Assembly (NCBI GenBank): GCA_964544935.1
Contig: CAZJDZ010000003.1
Location: forward strand, 24,568 to 88,567
DNA: 64,000 bases
Origin: an uncultured Candidatus Saccharibacteria bacterium
GTDB lineage: Bacteria > Patescibacteriota > Minisyncoccia > Phycocordibacterales > UBA5272
Reading direction: 5' to 3'
The notes below the pieces were generated by a model. The model did no database searches. It was not told the origin of the DNA and worked only from the letters and a program-made list of their open reading frames with translations. A program made the position numbers and the translations under genes. This document shows positions 19,109 through 29,753 of the stretch, one piece after another (positions within the stretch are counted from its first letter, which is position 1; every line of letters begins with the position of its first letter).

Positions 19109-22100
19109 ATGAACAACAACCAACCCCCAAAAACAATTAGTGAGAAAGAGCAGGAAGTTCTTGCTTTCTGGAATGAGCACAAGATTTTTGAAAAGTCCGT
19201 CGAGATGCCAGCTTCTGAAAAAGCAAAAGGCAACTTTTCATTCTATGACGGTCCTCCGTTTGCAACAGGGCTTCCTCACTATGGCCATATTTTAGCAGGG
19301 ACCATTAAAGATGCTATCCCTCGTTACCAGACTATGAAAGGAAATACTGTTCGTCGTGTATGGGGTTGGGATTGTCATGGGCTTCCAATTGAAAACTTGA
19401 TTGAGAAGAAACTTGGCCTTGCAAGTAAAAAAGATATTGAAGACTTTGGTATTGATAAGTTCAATCGCGATGCATACGAGAGCGTTCTTCAGTATGAAGC
19501 AGAGTGGAAGAATATTGTTCCTCGTCTAGGACGTTGGATTGATATGGACATACCGTATAAGACAATGGATGCAACATACACAGAAAGTATCTGGTGGGCA
19601 TGGAAGACTCTCTATGAGAAGAAGCTCGCTTATGAAGGTAACAAGATGATGCATATCTGTCCGAGATGTGAGACTACTCTTGCTCAGAGTGAGGTGGGTA
19701 TGGAATATCATGGTGTGACTGATCTTTCGGTGACTGCGAAGTTTGAGCTCGTCGACGAACCAGGGACATATGTGCTCGCGTGGACTACAACACCGTGGAC
19801 ACTTCCTGGTAACTCAGCACTCGCGGTGAATAGGGATATTATTTATGTGAAGGTAAAAGCAACTGCAAAAGAAGGAGATAGACAAGAGTTGTATATTCTT
19901 GCAAAAACAAAGTTTGAAGAATATAAAGCATACGCTGAAAAAGATTTTGCAGCTTTTGATATTGTTGAAGAATCTACTGGTGATAAACTTGTTGGTAAAA
20001 CATACAAGCCAGTATTTCCTTACTTTGAAAACACTGATTTAGAACACAAAGAAAATATTTTTACAATCTGGCACGCAGACTTTATCACTGATGATGCAGG
20101 TACTGGCATTGCACATGAGGCGCCAGCATTTGGTGCAGAAGATATGGAACTTGCCAAGCTTCATAACATACCAGTGATTAAACATGTGAGAATGGATGGA
20201 ACTTTCATTGATGCGGTTAGTGATTTTGCAGGCATGAAGGTGAAACAAAAAGACGACACTCAGTCAGCAGATATTGAAGTGATCAAATGGCTCGCACATA
20301 ACGGGAAGCTTTTTGAGAAACACAAAATCATACACTCGTACCCACTCTGTTGGCGATGTAAAACGCCGTTACTCAACTATGCAACAAGTAGTTGGTTCGT
20401 CGACGTTCCAGCTATTAAATCTAAACTCATTTCTGAGAATCAGTCCATCGGATGGACTCCGTCTCACACACGTGATGGACGTTTCGGTAAATGGCTAGAA
20501 GGTGCACGCGAGTGGGCGGTTTCACGATCTCGTTATTGGGGAGCACCACTTCCTGTTTGGAAGAATGAAGATGGAAGTGAGGTGAAAGTGATTGGATCAC
20601 TTAAGGAACTTGCTGAGAGCTCAACCGCAAAACCAAAGAACACATACTATGTGATGCGTCATGGCGAGTCTATTGCAAACAGAGATGGGTACATGGATGT
20701 TGGTACAGATATTCACAATCATCTTACTGAAAATGGTATGCAACAAGTACATGTTGCTATCAGTGAGCTTAAGGATAAGCAGATAGATATGATTATTTCT
20801 TCTCCTGTGCTCCGTACACAAGAGACCTCAGAGATTGTTGCAAATGCGCTCAATCTTCCAATCATCTATGATGATCGTATTAGAGAGTACAATATGGGTG
20901 TTTATAATGGGAAACCCGCAAAGGAGTATTTTGATATGTATAAACATACATATGTACAACTTGATACTCGACCAGATGATGGGGAAACACACAGAGAAAT
21001 GATGGACAGATCTATGGCATGTATCTTAGATTTAGAAAAACAGTATGCTGGTAAAACTATTCTTATAGTGACACACGGAGGGCCTGCACGTATGATGACT
21101 ATGGCTTCCGAGCTTCTTACTGAAGAAGAGGTTGTTGAAGAAGAGCGTAGCGGAAAAGTAACACTATATCCAAAAAATGCTCAGATTAAAAAATTAAATC
21201 TTTTACTTGTTCCTCGTGATGAAACAGGTGCAGTTAATCTTCATCGACCGTACATTGATGAAGTAAAACTTATCGACAGTAAAGGAAATGAAATGAAGCG
21301 CATTGGAGACGTGTTTGATTGTTGGTTCGAGTCAGGGTCTATGCCGTTTGCATCAATCCATTATCCATTTGAGAACAAAGAGCTCTTCAAAAAGAATTAT
21401 CCAGCGCAGTTTATTGCTGAAGGAATGGATCAGACGAGAGGGTGGTTCTACTCGCTGATTAACTTAGGAGTTGGGCTCTTTGATAAAGCTCCATACCAGC
21501 ACGTAATCGTGAACGGTCTCGTACTTGCTTCCTCGGGGGTAAAGCTTTCTAAGAGTGAGAAAAACTACACAGATCCTATGGAACTTGTTGAGAAATATGG
21601 GGCGGACGCTATGCGGTATGCGCTCCTTTCGTCTCCAGTTGTTAAAGGAGAAAACCTTCAGTTTGATGATGATGCTATTTCTGATGTTTACAAGAAGTGT
21701 ATTTCACGTCTTGAGAATGTTGTGGCACTGTATGAAATGAATCTTCCTCAAGGGGTTACTCCTCGCGCATCATCAAACAATATTCTTGATACTTGGATGC
21801 TAGCTAGGCTTTATGAACTTATCGCCGCCTCAACACAAGGATACGATACGTATATGTTAGATGAAGCTACTCGTGGAATAGGAGATATCATAGATGATAT
21901 ATCGGTATGGTATACGCGCCGCTCACGAGATCGTCTCAAGGGTGATGAGGGGGAGAAGGAACAGTTGGAGACATACGAAACTCTTTCGTATGTGTTGCTT
22001 ACACTTTCAAAAGTAATGGCACCTGTTATGCCTTTTATCGCAGAGCGTATCTATAAGCAAGTCGGAGGAACAAAAGAATCTGTTCATCTTGATAGTTGGC

Positions 22101-22585
22101 CAGAAGTGGTTTCTGTTAACACAGAGCTCATCAAAGCAATGAAAGAAGTTCGTAATGCGGTTTCTCTTGGGCTTATGAAGAGAACTGAAAGTAAGATTAA
22201 TGTGAAGCAGCCTCTCCTTTCTGTTACTTTTAAGCAATCAATTGATGAGAAGTTCTTTTCTCTTATTAAGGATGAGCTTAATGTGAAAGAGATTCGTATC
22301 GATGCATCTCAAGCAGAAGATGTTGCGCTTGATACAACAATTACCGAAGAACTACAAAGAGAAGGGGATGTGCGTAAACTTATGCGTGCAATACAAGACG
22401 CCCGTAAGGAAAAAGGGCTCAAACCATCAGATGAAATTGTGCTTAGCCTTTCTTCTCGTGAAAATCTTGGAGACATCTCTACACTTCTTGCAACCTGTAA
22501 GGTGAGTGAAGTTCATGAGGTTCCTTCAGTTGAAGGAACTAAAGTTGAACTATCAGATACGGCAGTGACTATTGCAATTCAATAG
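19109..22585 (+). CDS. ileS: isoleucine--tRNA ligase (type 2) with inserted histidine-phosphatase domain
   Basis: DGPPFATGLPHYGH, WTTTPWTLPGN, WAVSRSRYWG, DQTRGWFY, KLSKS; RHGES...THGG insert. Confidence 0.97.
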   Translation: MNNNQPPKTISEKEQEVLAFWNEHKIFEKSVEMPASEKAKGNFSFYDGPPFATGLPHYGHILAGTIKDAIPRYQTMKGNTVRRVWGWDCHGLPIENLIEKKLGLASKKDIEDFGIDKFNRDAYESVLQYEAEWKNIVPRLGRWIDMDIPYKTMDATYTESIWWAWKTLYEKKLAYEGNKMMHICPRCETTLAQSEVGMEYHGVTDLSVTAKFELVDEPGTYVLAWTTTPWTLPGNSALAVNRDIIYVKVKATAKEGDRQELYILAKTKFEEYKAYAEKDFAAFDIVEESTGDKLVGKTYKPVFPYFENTDLEHKENIFTIWHADFITDDAGTGIAHEAPAFGAEDMELAKLHNIPVIKHVRMDGTFIDAVSDFAGMKVKQKDDTQSADIEVIKWLAHNGKLFEKHKIIHSYPLCWRCKTPLLNYATSSWFVDVPAIKSKLISENQSIGWTPSHTRDGRFGKWLEGAREWAVSRSRYWGAPLPVWKNEDGSEVKVIGSLKELAESSTAKPKNTYYVMRHGESIANRDGYMDVGTDIHNHLTENGMQQVHVAISELKDKQIDMIISSPVLRTQETSEIVANALNLPIIYDDRIREYNMGVYNGKPAKEYFDMYKHTYVQLDTRPDDGETHREMMDRSMACILDLEKQYAGKTILIVTHGGPARMMTMASELLTEEEVVEEERSGKVTLYPKNAQIKKLNLLLVPRDETGAVNLHRPYIDEVKLIDSKGNEMKRIGDVFDCWFESGSMPFASIHYPFENKELFKKNYPAQFIAEGMDQTRGWFYSLINLGVGLFDKAPYQHVIVNGLVLASSGVKLSKSEKNYTDPMELVEKYGADAMRYALLSSPVVKGENLQFDDDAISDVYKKCISRLENVVALYEMNLPQGVTPRASSNNILDTWMLARLYELIAASTQGYDTYMLDEATRGIGDIIDDISVWYTRRSRDRLKGDEGEKEQLETYETLSYVLLTLSKVMAPVMPFIAERIYKQVGGTKESVHLDSWPEVVSVNTELIKAMKEVRNAVSLGLMKRTESKINVKQPLLSVTFKQSIDEKFFSLIKDELNVKEIRIDASQAEDVALDTTITEELQREGDVRKLMRAIQDARKEKGLKPSDEIVLSLSSRENLGDISTLLATCKVSEVHEVPSVEGTKVELSDTAVTIAIQ

Positions 22586-22620
22586 TTGTAACTAACCCCT
22601 GTCACCTATTCACTACACTC

Positions 22621-23175
22621 ATGGCTATCGAAAAATACGTCACACGTGCCATCATCCTTGAATCATACGATCAAGGTGAACATGATAAGGCATATAAAGT
22701 GTTTACTCGAGAATTTGGGTTACTTATTTGTCAGGCAAAGAGTATTCGTAAGCTTGAAAGTAAATTACGAGCACATGTGCTTCCACGGTCAATCAGTCTC
22801 ATCACACTTGTGCAGGGGCGTGAAGTGTGGCGACTTGTTGGGGCGGAAAATGAAATGCAGAATTCTCCGTACATACATGAAGTAACAACTCTTCTTAAAC
22901 GTTTTGTCCGCGGAGAAGGGATACATAGAGCTCTCTACGATAGAATGGTATCTTTTCTAGAATCTTCTCCTTTGTATGATGAGCAGTCAGCACGTCTCCT
23001 TCTATACTATATTCTTCTTGTTGAACTTGGATATGCTGATGCGAAAGTAATAGGTGTTCATTCGCTTAAAGAATATATATCTTTTTCTAGTAATGATCTA
23101 TACACACATCTTTTACTTAACAAAACACAAGTGCGAAAGCATGTGCAGGAGGTTTTGAAGGAAATACAACTGTAG
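22621..23175 (+). CDS. recO: DNA repair protein RecO (short CPR-type)
   Basis: T-x-AIIL-x4-GE-x-D-x4-FTREFGL-x3-AKSIRK-x-x-SKL OB-fold pattern. Confidence 0.8.
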   Translation: MAIEKYVTRAIILESYDQGEHDKAYKVFTREFGLLICQAKSIRKLESKLRAHVLPRSISLITLVQGREVWRLVGAENEMQNSPYIHEVTTLLKRFVRGEGIHRALYDRMVSFLESSPLYDEQSARLLLYYILLVELGYADAKVIGVHSLKEYISFSSNDLYTHLLLNKTQVRKHVQEVLKEIQL

Positions 23176-23343
23176 AAGGGAGAGGATAGAGTGTAGACTG
23201 CTACGCTGATAGAATATAAATACAGAGAACAGAGCTCAGAATATAGATCGCGATTACGCTAACAGACAAATACTTGGCGTGTACTACTGACCACTTACAC
23301 TTTCTCTATCTTCTATCTTCTATCTTCTGTTATACTTACCCAT

Positions 23344-25206
23344 ATGGATATCCCTAAGAGAGAAGAAAGTTCAATCGATGCAATTGAGCATCAACTGTAT
23401 GACCCAAAAGTAAGGGTTACTGATGGTGAAATTCATCACACAAGACCACATAGGGAAATGAATCTCCCTACATCATGGGGTGATGATGCTCCTATTATCA
23501 TAAAAGGGCAAGAAGAAAGAGGATTTTCTTTTGGTGTGAAGCTTCTTATGATTGCAACAGTACTTCTCTTCCTTTCACTTGCATTTTCTACATGGAGAGT
23601 TCTTTCTTTGCGTAATGTGGTTTCTGCTGAAAATATTGATATGACAGCTGATATTACCCCTTTCATTGAAGGCGGAGAAACAACCAAACTGATCCTTACT
23701 CTTCATAACAGAAATGCTTCTCCTCTTGAAAATTCAAGCGTAACACTTTTGTATAAACAAGGTAATGGTTCACAAGATGAGCAAGAGAAAATTCAAGATA
23801 AAAAAGAAGTTGGCAGTATTAAGACCAATGAGTATAAGAAACAAGATTTCCCTGTGACACTTTATGGAGCAGAAGGAGAATCTCGAGACCTTACTGTTAA
23901 GTTGGAGTATAAAGTTTCTGGTTCAAATGCTACATTTTCTAAAATAGTAACAACACAAGTTGTGCTCCGCGCACCTCCTATTGCTGTGCATATTGATGGG
24001 CCAGAAAAGTTGTCGGTAGGACAAATCGGATCATACACTATCAATATCAAAAATAACTCAGCGTCTACATCACTTCCAAGCACACTCATGCTTACGCTTC
24101 CAAATAGTTTTACTATTGTAAGCACACAACCACAACCAATTACTCGTAGTAGTTCTTGGAGTATCGATGCACTTCCGTCAGGGGCTTCAAAAACAATTAC
24201 TCTCACAGGTTCTTTTGATGGTAAGCAGGATGAAGTTGCAACTATTCAGGCAAAGATTGGTTCAAAAGGAGATAGTCAAACGGCTATCGGTATTGTGTAT
24301 TCTTCAGAAAGTAAAGATATTACATTACATGATTCACCGCTCACTCTAGTGGCAAGTCTTTTTAGTGACCATGGGGGAACTGATGTAATTCGTTACGGCG
24401 ATAGAGCAACAGTAAGTATTGGGTATAGTAATACAAGTAACCAAGCCCTTGAAGATGTTTCAATCAAACTTACTCTCTCTGGCGATGCTGCAGTATATGA
24501 GAATATTAATCCTACAAATGGTTATTATGATTCACAAGCTAAGACGATTACTTGGAATCAAGCGTCTATCCCTGATCTTGCTGTACTTGCACCAAATGCA
24601 CAAGGTACTCTTCAGATAGTTGTACCTATTGTTGCAAAAGGTAACAATTCTCCGGTACTCAAAGTGTCTCTCGTAGGAACAGCGGGTGTTAAAGAAGCGG
24701 ACATGGTGACTACTGTTATTAAAACATGGGGTGTTCAGGGAAGTGCAACACTTAATGCAAGCACTCAGTACAAAACTTCTCCATTTCCAAACACAGGCCC
24801 AATTCCACCAGAACCTAATCAAGAAACTACATATACTGCCCATCTCGCTATTTCTGCACAAAACGCCCTTTCATCTGCTAGAGTTTCATTTACCTTGCCT
24901 GCATATGTGACATGGAAGGGTATAACATCTGATCCTAAAGTTGTTTCGTATGACACAAGGACACGTACAGTTACGTGGGATACTGGCCCTCTTGCTCAAG
25001 GTGTTGTTGCAGCTCTCGATATTAGTCTCTCTGTACGTCCTTCTCAAAGTCATGTTGGGCAAACACCAGCAATTACATCTGGAATTATTTTGGATGCCGA
25101 TGAAGAAGTTTCTCGTTCCCATATACGAACCACGCTTTCCCCACTTACAACTGCTATTCGTAATGAATCTTGGCCAAGTAACCCCTCAATCGTGATATCT
25201 AAGTAA
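23344..25206 (+). CDS. membrane-anchored protein with Ig-like (DUF11-like) repeats
   Basis: one TM helix, then beta-rich repeats with ITWN/VTWD and GPIPP motifs. Confidence 0.7.
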   Translation: MDIPKREESSIDAIEHQLYDPKVRVTDGEIHHTRPHREMNLPTSWGDDAPIIIKGQEERGFSFGVKLLMIATVLLFLSLAFSTWRVLSLRNVVSAENIDMTADITPFIEGGETTKLILTLHNRNASPLENSSVTLLYKQGNGSQDEQEKIQDKKEVGSIKTNEYKKQDFPVTLYGAEGESRDLTVKLEYKVSGSNATFSKIVTTQVVLRAPPIAVHIDGPEKLSVGQIGSYTINIKNNSASTSLPSTLMLTLPNSFTIVSTQPQPITRSSSWSIDALPSGASKTITLTGSFDGKQDEVATIQAKIGSKGDSQTAIGIVYSSESKDITLHDSPLTLVASLFSDHGGTDVIRYGDRATVSIGYSNTSNQALEDVSIKLTLSGDAAVYENINPTNGYYDSQAKTITWNQASIPDLAVLAPNAQGTLQIVVPIVAKGNNSPVLKVSLVGTAGVKEADMVTTVIKTWGVQGSATLNASTQYKTSPFPNTGPIPPEPNQETTYTAHLAISAQNALSSARVSFTLPAYVTWKGITSDPKVVSYDTRTRTVTWDTGPLAQGVVAALDISLSVRPSQSHVGQTPAITSGIILDADEEVSRSHIRTTLSPLTTAIRNESWPSNPSIVISK

Positions 25207-25333
25207 ATTAAGCAGAAACAGAAAATAGATGATAGGCACAATATAAGAATACAGATAAACTTCTTGTTCTTTAATAATAAACTAAAATTGACTTCTTCTA
25301 CACGCTACACGCTACATATGCTAGAATAGCCAC

Positions 25334-26386
25334 ATGAAAGAAACAACAACGATCTCTATCTCAACGGGAAGTATTGTTAAAATATTAGTAATAGTAACTA
25401 TATTCGCAGGTCTTGTTTTTGTTAAGGATTTTTTAATTGCGCTTCTTGTGGCAGTAGTTTTGGCATCTACTGTAGAAATGCCTGTAAAAGCGCTTGGTAA
25501 ATTGGGTGTTCCTCGAACATTTTCGGTTATCTCTATCTTTCTATCATTGCTTATTCTTCTTACAGCTACGGTGTTCGTTTTTCTTCCTCCTCTTGCAGAC
25601 GATATCGCGCTCTTTGTGAAGACACTTCCAAAGATTCTTGATTCCGTTCGTATTTTTGGTCGAGATCTTGGTTTTAAAGACCTTTCTCTTGCTCTTTCTG
25701 ATTTATCACGTGATATTTCTAAGGGGCAAATTTTAACAATACTTAAAAATGTATTTCTTGGATCTGGTGGTTTTTTTGCAACAACAACAGCTGTTGTAGG
25801 AAGTGTTATTAATTTTGTTCTCACGTTTGTGCTTGCGTTCTATTTAGCGCTTGAAGAAAATGGGGTGCAAAAGTTTCTCCAGCTCATCTTTCCTAAGCGT
25901 CAGGAGGAATATATTATTGGTCTTTGGAGTCGTGCTCAACAAAAGATCGGTCTTTGGATGCAAGGACAGCTACTTCTCTCATTGTTAGTTGCGCTTCTTG
26001 TATATATTCCAATGCTTATTCTCGATATGCCGTATGCAACACTCCTTGCTACTCTTGCATTCTTTGGTGAACTCATTCCGATGGTCGGACTTACGCTTGC
26101 AACTATTCCAGCACTTTTCCTCGCGTGGGTTCATGGTGGCACATCACTCCTTGGTGTTGTTGCTGTTATTTACTTTATTATTAGTCAGCTTGAGAATCAT
26201 GTATTGTATCCTAAAGTAATGAACAAGATGGTCGGCGTGCCATCTGTTGTTGTGATTATTGCAATTGTGATTGGTGCTAAGCTTGCAGGTATTTGGGGAG
26301 TTGTTCTTGCGGTACCCCTCGCATCTATTCTTATGGAACTTGCAGATGATGTTAATAAACGAAAAAGCAATGTTGGAGGAGAATAA
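25334..26386 (+). CDS. AI-2E family transporter
   Basis: multi-TM; GQL, IP-x-VG, QLENHVL-x-PK-x-M and G-x-x-G-x-x-LAVP motifs. Confidence 0.9.
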   Translation: MKETTTISISTGSIVKILVIVTIFAGLVFVKDFLIALLVAVVLASTVEMPVKALGKLGVPRTFSVISIFLSLLILLTATVFVFLPPLADDIALFVKTLPKILDSVRIFGRDLGFKDLSLALSDLSRDISKGQILTILKNVFLGSGGFFATTTAVVGSVINFVLTFVLAFYLALEENGVQKFLQLIFPKRQEEYIIGLWSRAQQKIGLWMQGQLLLSLLVALLVYIPMLILDMPYATLLATLAFFGELIPMVGLTLATIPALFLAWVHGGTSLLGVVAVIYFIISQLENHVLYPKVMNKMVGVPSVVVIIAIVIGAKLAGIWGVVLAVPLASILMELADDVNKRKSNVGGE

Positions 26387-27818
26387 AAAATTCTATATCA
26401 CAACAACACTTCCATACGTGAACTCAGACCCTCACGTTGGTTTTGCAATGGAAATTATTCGTGCGGATGTTATTGCTCGCTATAAACGCTCACTAGGATT
26501 TGATGTATTTTTTAATACAGGAACTGATGAGCATGGGGCCAAGATTCATGAGAATGCAGTAAAGCAGGGGACAGATGTACAGGTATATGTTGATGGGTAT
26601 GCAGAGAAGTTTAAAGAGTTAACAAAAGTTCTTAACATAGAAGATGTGCATTTCATTCGTACAACAGATGAGAAGCATGTTGCTGCCGCAAAGGAGATGT
26701 GGAAGCGCTGCTCCGATAACGGATATATTTATAAGAAAACATACCAAGCTAAATACTGCGTTGGGTGTGAACTTAACAAGACCGATAGCGAGCTTGTTGA
26801 CGGTAAATGTCCAATACATCCTAATCGTGATATTGAACTTATTGATGAAGAAAACTACTTCTTCAAGTTTTCAGCATTTCAAAAACCTCTTCTTGATTTT
26901 TATAATGCAAATCCAGATTTTGTTATTCCTGATTTTCGTTTCAATGAAATCAGAAGCTTTGTAGAACGTGGGCTTGAAGATTTTTCTATCTCACGCCTCA
27001 AGTCTAAAATGCCGTGGGGGGTGGATGTTCCAAATGACCCTGACCATGTTATGTACGTATGGTTTGATGCGCTCACGAGCTATATCTCAACACTTGGATG
27101 GGGGACAGATGACAAGGATTTTGATTTTTGGAAAGATGGAACTCCGGTTCAGTACTGCGGCAAGGACAATCTTCGTCAACAGTCTGCAATGTGGCAGGCG
27201 ATGCTCATGGCAGCAGGACTACCAAATTCTAAACATATTATTATTGACGGATTCATTACTTCCGGTGGTCAGAAGATGAGTAAGTCTGTCGGGAATGTAA
27301 TTTCACCATTTGATGTCATCGATGCATTCAAAGATGTAACGGATTATCCAGAAGAAGTACTTCGCTTTGTTTTGCTTCATGAAATCTCCTCGTTTGAAGA
27401 TGGTGATATTACTATGGAAAGTATCAAGACTGCGTATACTGCATACCTTCAGAATGGAATCGGGAATCTTACGAATCGTATTATGAAGATGGCAATAACA
27501 GCGCAGACTACCGCAGAACAAATGCAGACCATCGCGGAAAGGGATACAAACCTTGAACAGTTTGATGTTAAAAAAAGCATAGAACATCTTATGACAAAAG
27601 TTGCAACGCTTGATAAAAAAATTCAAACAGAGGAACCTTTTAAAGTAATTAAAATTGATGAAGAAAAAGGTAAGAAAATAATCAAAGAGTTACTTGAGGA
27701 ACTATATGGGGTTGCGCTCAAGTTACAAATTTGCCTTCCTAAAACTTCTGCAAAAATCCTCGAGTGTATCCGTGAAAATAAGATGCCAGAAAAACCTCTC
27801 TTTAATCGCTTACCATAA
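26370..27818 (+). CDS. metG: methionine--tRNA ligase
   Basis: FYITTTLPYVN-x-x-PHVG, TGTDEHG, YVWFDAL, KMSKS; start ATG 26370. Confidence 0.97.
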   Translation: MLEENKKFYITTTLPYVNSDPHVGFAMEIIRADVIARYKRSLGFDVFFNTGTDEHGAKIHENAVKQGTDVQVYVDGYAEKFKELTKVLNIEDVHFIRTTDEKHVAAAKEMWKRCSDNGYIYKKTYQAKYCVGCELNKTDSELVDGKCPIHPNRDIELIDEENYFFKFSAFQKPLLDFYNANPDFVIPDFRFNEIRSFVERGLEDFSISRLKSKMPWGVDVPNDPDHVMYVWFDALTSYISTLGWGTDDKDFDFWKDGTPVQYCGKDNLRQQSAMWQAMLMAAGLPNSKHIIIDGFITSGGQKMSKSVGNVISPFDVIDAFKDVTDYPEEVLRFVLLHEISSFEDGDITMESIKTAYTAYLQNGIGNLTNRIMKMAITAQTTAEQMQTIAERDTNLEQFDVKKSIEHLMTKVATLDKKIQTEEPFKVIKIDEEKGKKIIKELLEELYGVALKLQICLPKTSAKILECIRENKMPEKPLFNRLP

Positions 27819-27823
27819 ATAAT

Positions 27824-28564
27824 ATGAAAGATGAAAATCAGTTTTTTGATATCAATCAGCTCCCTCAAGAAGAAGGTTTATTATTGTTTGGTATCTCTAT
27901 GAATAGAATTGGGAATATTCAGTCACCAGAAAAATGTTTTTCATACATGGAGCATCTTGGAGGAAAGATTCCGGTAAAGACAGAAGGTGTAGGTCTTGTG
28001 ACGCTTTATTCTGACTACTTGTACCTCCTTTCTAATGAGCCGGCAAACGTGCTACGAGATAGATATAAAGAACTTATGTGGAGCCATAAAGATGGTTTTA
28101 TGAATCTGATAAAGAAGGATCCAAGATTTGTTCCAAAAGCTTTTTCATTTCTATCTTTTGGTCAAGTTATGCTTGATAACTCAGAGGTATTTCGGCCAGC
28201 TCTCGATAAGGTTGTTGCCCTCTATCGTGATGACCCTGTTTTCAAAAATCTTGTTGATAAAGATTGTAAAATAACTGATCATGGTCTTGGTGAAAATGAA
28301 AGAATGTTTATTCTTGAGGAGATAACTTTCTTCTATCTTGCAGCAAAAGGTAGATTGGTTTTTAATAATAGTTTTGTTAATAGAACAGAGCAGTGGATAC
28401 TCCCAGTATACCCAGGAAAACCCCTACAGTGTGAAGCGTACTTATACCAGAAGAATCCATTAGGGTTACATAATCCAAAGAACAAATATGAAAATAGTTG
28501 TTACGATTCACAAGATAAAAAAGTGTATGATTTGCTTAAACTAGATAGTGGCACTTTTAACTGA
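27824..28564 (+). CDS. putative tRNA-dependent cyclodipeptide-synthase-like protein (XYP-like)
   Basis: LLFGIS (S25), Y-x-x-D-x-x-F, FILEE (F162/E166) and VYPG (Y196) in CDPS-like order and spacing; 246 aa. Confidence 0.55.
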   Translation: MKDENQFFDINQLPQEEGLLLFGISMNRIGNIQSPEKCFSYMEHLGGKIPVKTEGVGLVTLYSDYLYLLSNEPANVLRDRYKELMWSHKDGFMNLIKKDPRFVPKAFSFLSFGQVMLDNSEVFRPALDKVVALYRDDPVFKNLVDKDCKITDHGLGENERMFILEEITFFYLAAKGRLVFNNSFVNRTEQWILPVYPGKPLQCEAYLYQKNPLGLHNPKNKYENSCYDSQDKKVYDLLKLDSGTFN

Positions 28565-28565
28565 A

Positions 28566-29078
28566 ATGAAGATTTTTAGTTCAAGTTTAGAATTAGAACA
28601 AATGGTCGTGTACATCTTTGTAAATAAAGAAAAAGTACATGACGAAATCTTTGATCTCCTGCATGAGTATCCTCAGAATTTTTTACACGGACATTTTGAA
28701 ACATGGGCAGATGAAGATTACAAAGAATCAGAAATAATGACAGCACAATATGCAGGTAAGATTATCGGATGTTTATTTTATAATAAAATTACACACGAAT
28801 TTAATTGGCTTGCAGTTTCGTCAAAGATACCAAAAGGTAAGAGAGAGATAGCAAAAAAACTTTTTGAGCATATTTTTGAAACTCTCTCAGAAGGGACTTC
28901 ATTTTTTTGGTATGTTAATACTGAGGATTCTGTTTATGATGGTTATCCTGAGCTCGGGAAATATTTTGAGCCAGCGAGAGCATTATACAAGTCAATGGGA
29001 CTCACTTTTACTCGGGTGGAGAATAAGTTCGGGAAAGGAGCACATGCATATAGAGTTGAAGGAATTATAAAGAAATAA
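28566..29078 (+). CDS. GNAT family N-acetyltransferase
   Basis: KIIG-x-L...EFNWLAV...R-x-IAKKL...ARALY-x-x-MG; ATG 2 nt after the previous stop. Confidence 0.75.
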   Translation: MKIFSSSLELEQMVVYIFVNKEKVHDEIFDLLHEYPQNFLHGHFETWADEDYKESEIMTAQYAGKIIGCLFYNKITHEFNWLAVSSKIPKGKREIAKKLFEHIFETLSEGTSFFWYVNTEDSVYDGYPELGKYFEPARALYKSMGLTFTRVENKFGKGAHAYRVEGIIKK

Positions 29079-29091
29079 GTAAAGAATAACT

Positions 29092-29706
29092 ATGACACCA
29101 CACGCAGAAGGACTTGTAGATATCGGAAGACTTATTCTTGCCTTTGCAAAGGTAAACAGAGTGACACTTCATGAAGATGGAAAACGTCCAGAGTCAGACA
29201 CAGATCATACTGTTATGGTAAGTGTTTGTGCGTGTGCGCTTGCAGAGAGGCTCTATAAAGATCTGGATATTGGAAAGGTGTCACAGTTTGCAACGGTGCA
29301 TGACCTTGTTGAAGCGTATGCAAATGATACTGATAGTTTTGGAATCACTGATGAGCAAAGAGCAGAGAAAGAAAAGCGTGAACATGAGGCATATCTTCGG
29401 ATACGTAAAGAATTTGACAGTGTTTTCCCTTGGATAGGAGAAACAATAGAAAGCTATGAAAAGCTTGATACTAAAGAAGCTCGTTTTGTGAAGACTGTTG
29501 ATAAAGCAATGTCTAAGATTACTCATATTCTAAACGGGGGACAATATTTTAAAAATAGAGGACTAGATGAAGAAACAATGTGGCGAGATTATAAAACACT
29601 AACAGCTACAGCAGAAAAGAAATATGGTGCAGAATTTCCCGAAATAGTAGTGCTTATGGAAGAGCTTATTCTGGAAGCAAAAGATGTGACATATCACAAA
29701 AAGTAA
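29092..29706 (+). CDS. HD-domain phosphohydrolase (YfbR/HD_3-like)
   Basis: ESDTDHT, VHDLVE-x-Y-x-x-D, EARFVK-x-x-DK. Confidence 0.85.
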   Translation: MTPHAEGLVDIGRLILAFAKVNRVTLHEDGKRPESDTDHTVMVSVCACALAERLYKDLDIGKVSQFATVHDLVEAYANDTDSFGITDEQRAEKEKREHEAYLRIRKEFDSVFPWIGETIESYEKLDTKEARFVKTVDKAMSKITHILNGGQYFKNRGLDEETMWRDYKTLTATAEKKYGAEFPEIVVLMEELILEAKDVTYHKK

Positions 29707-29753
29707 TGAGCTTCTTTGTTATGAAAAACTTCCTGCTATACTAGAAAAAATAT

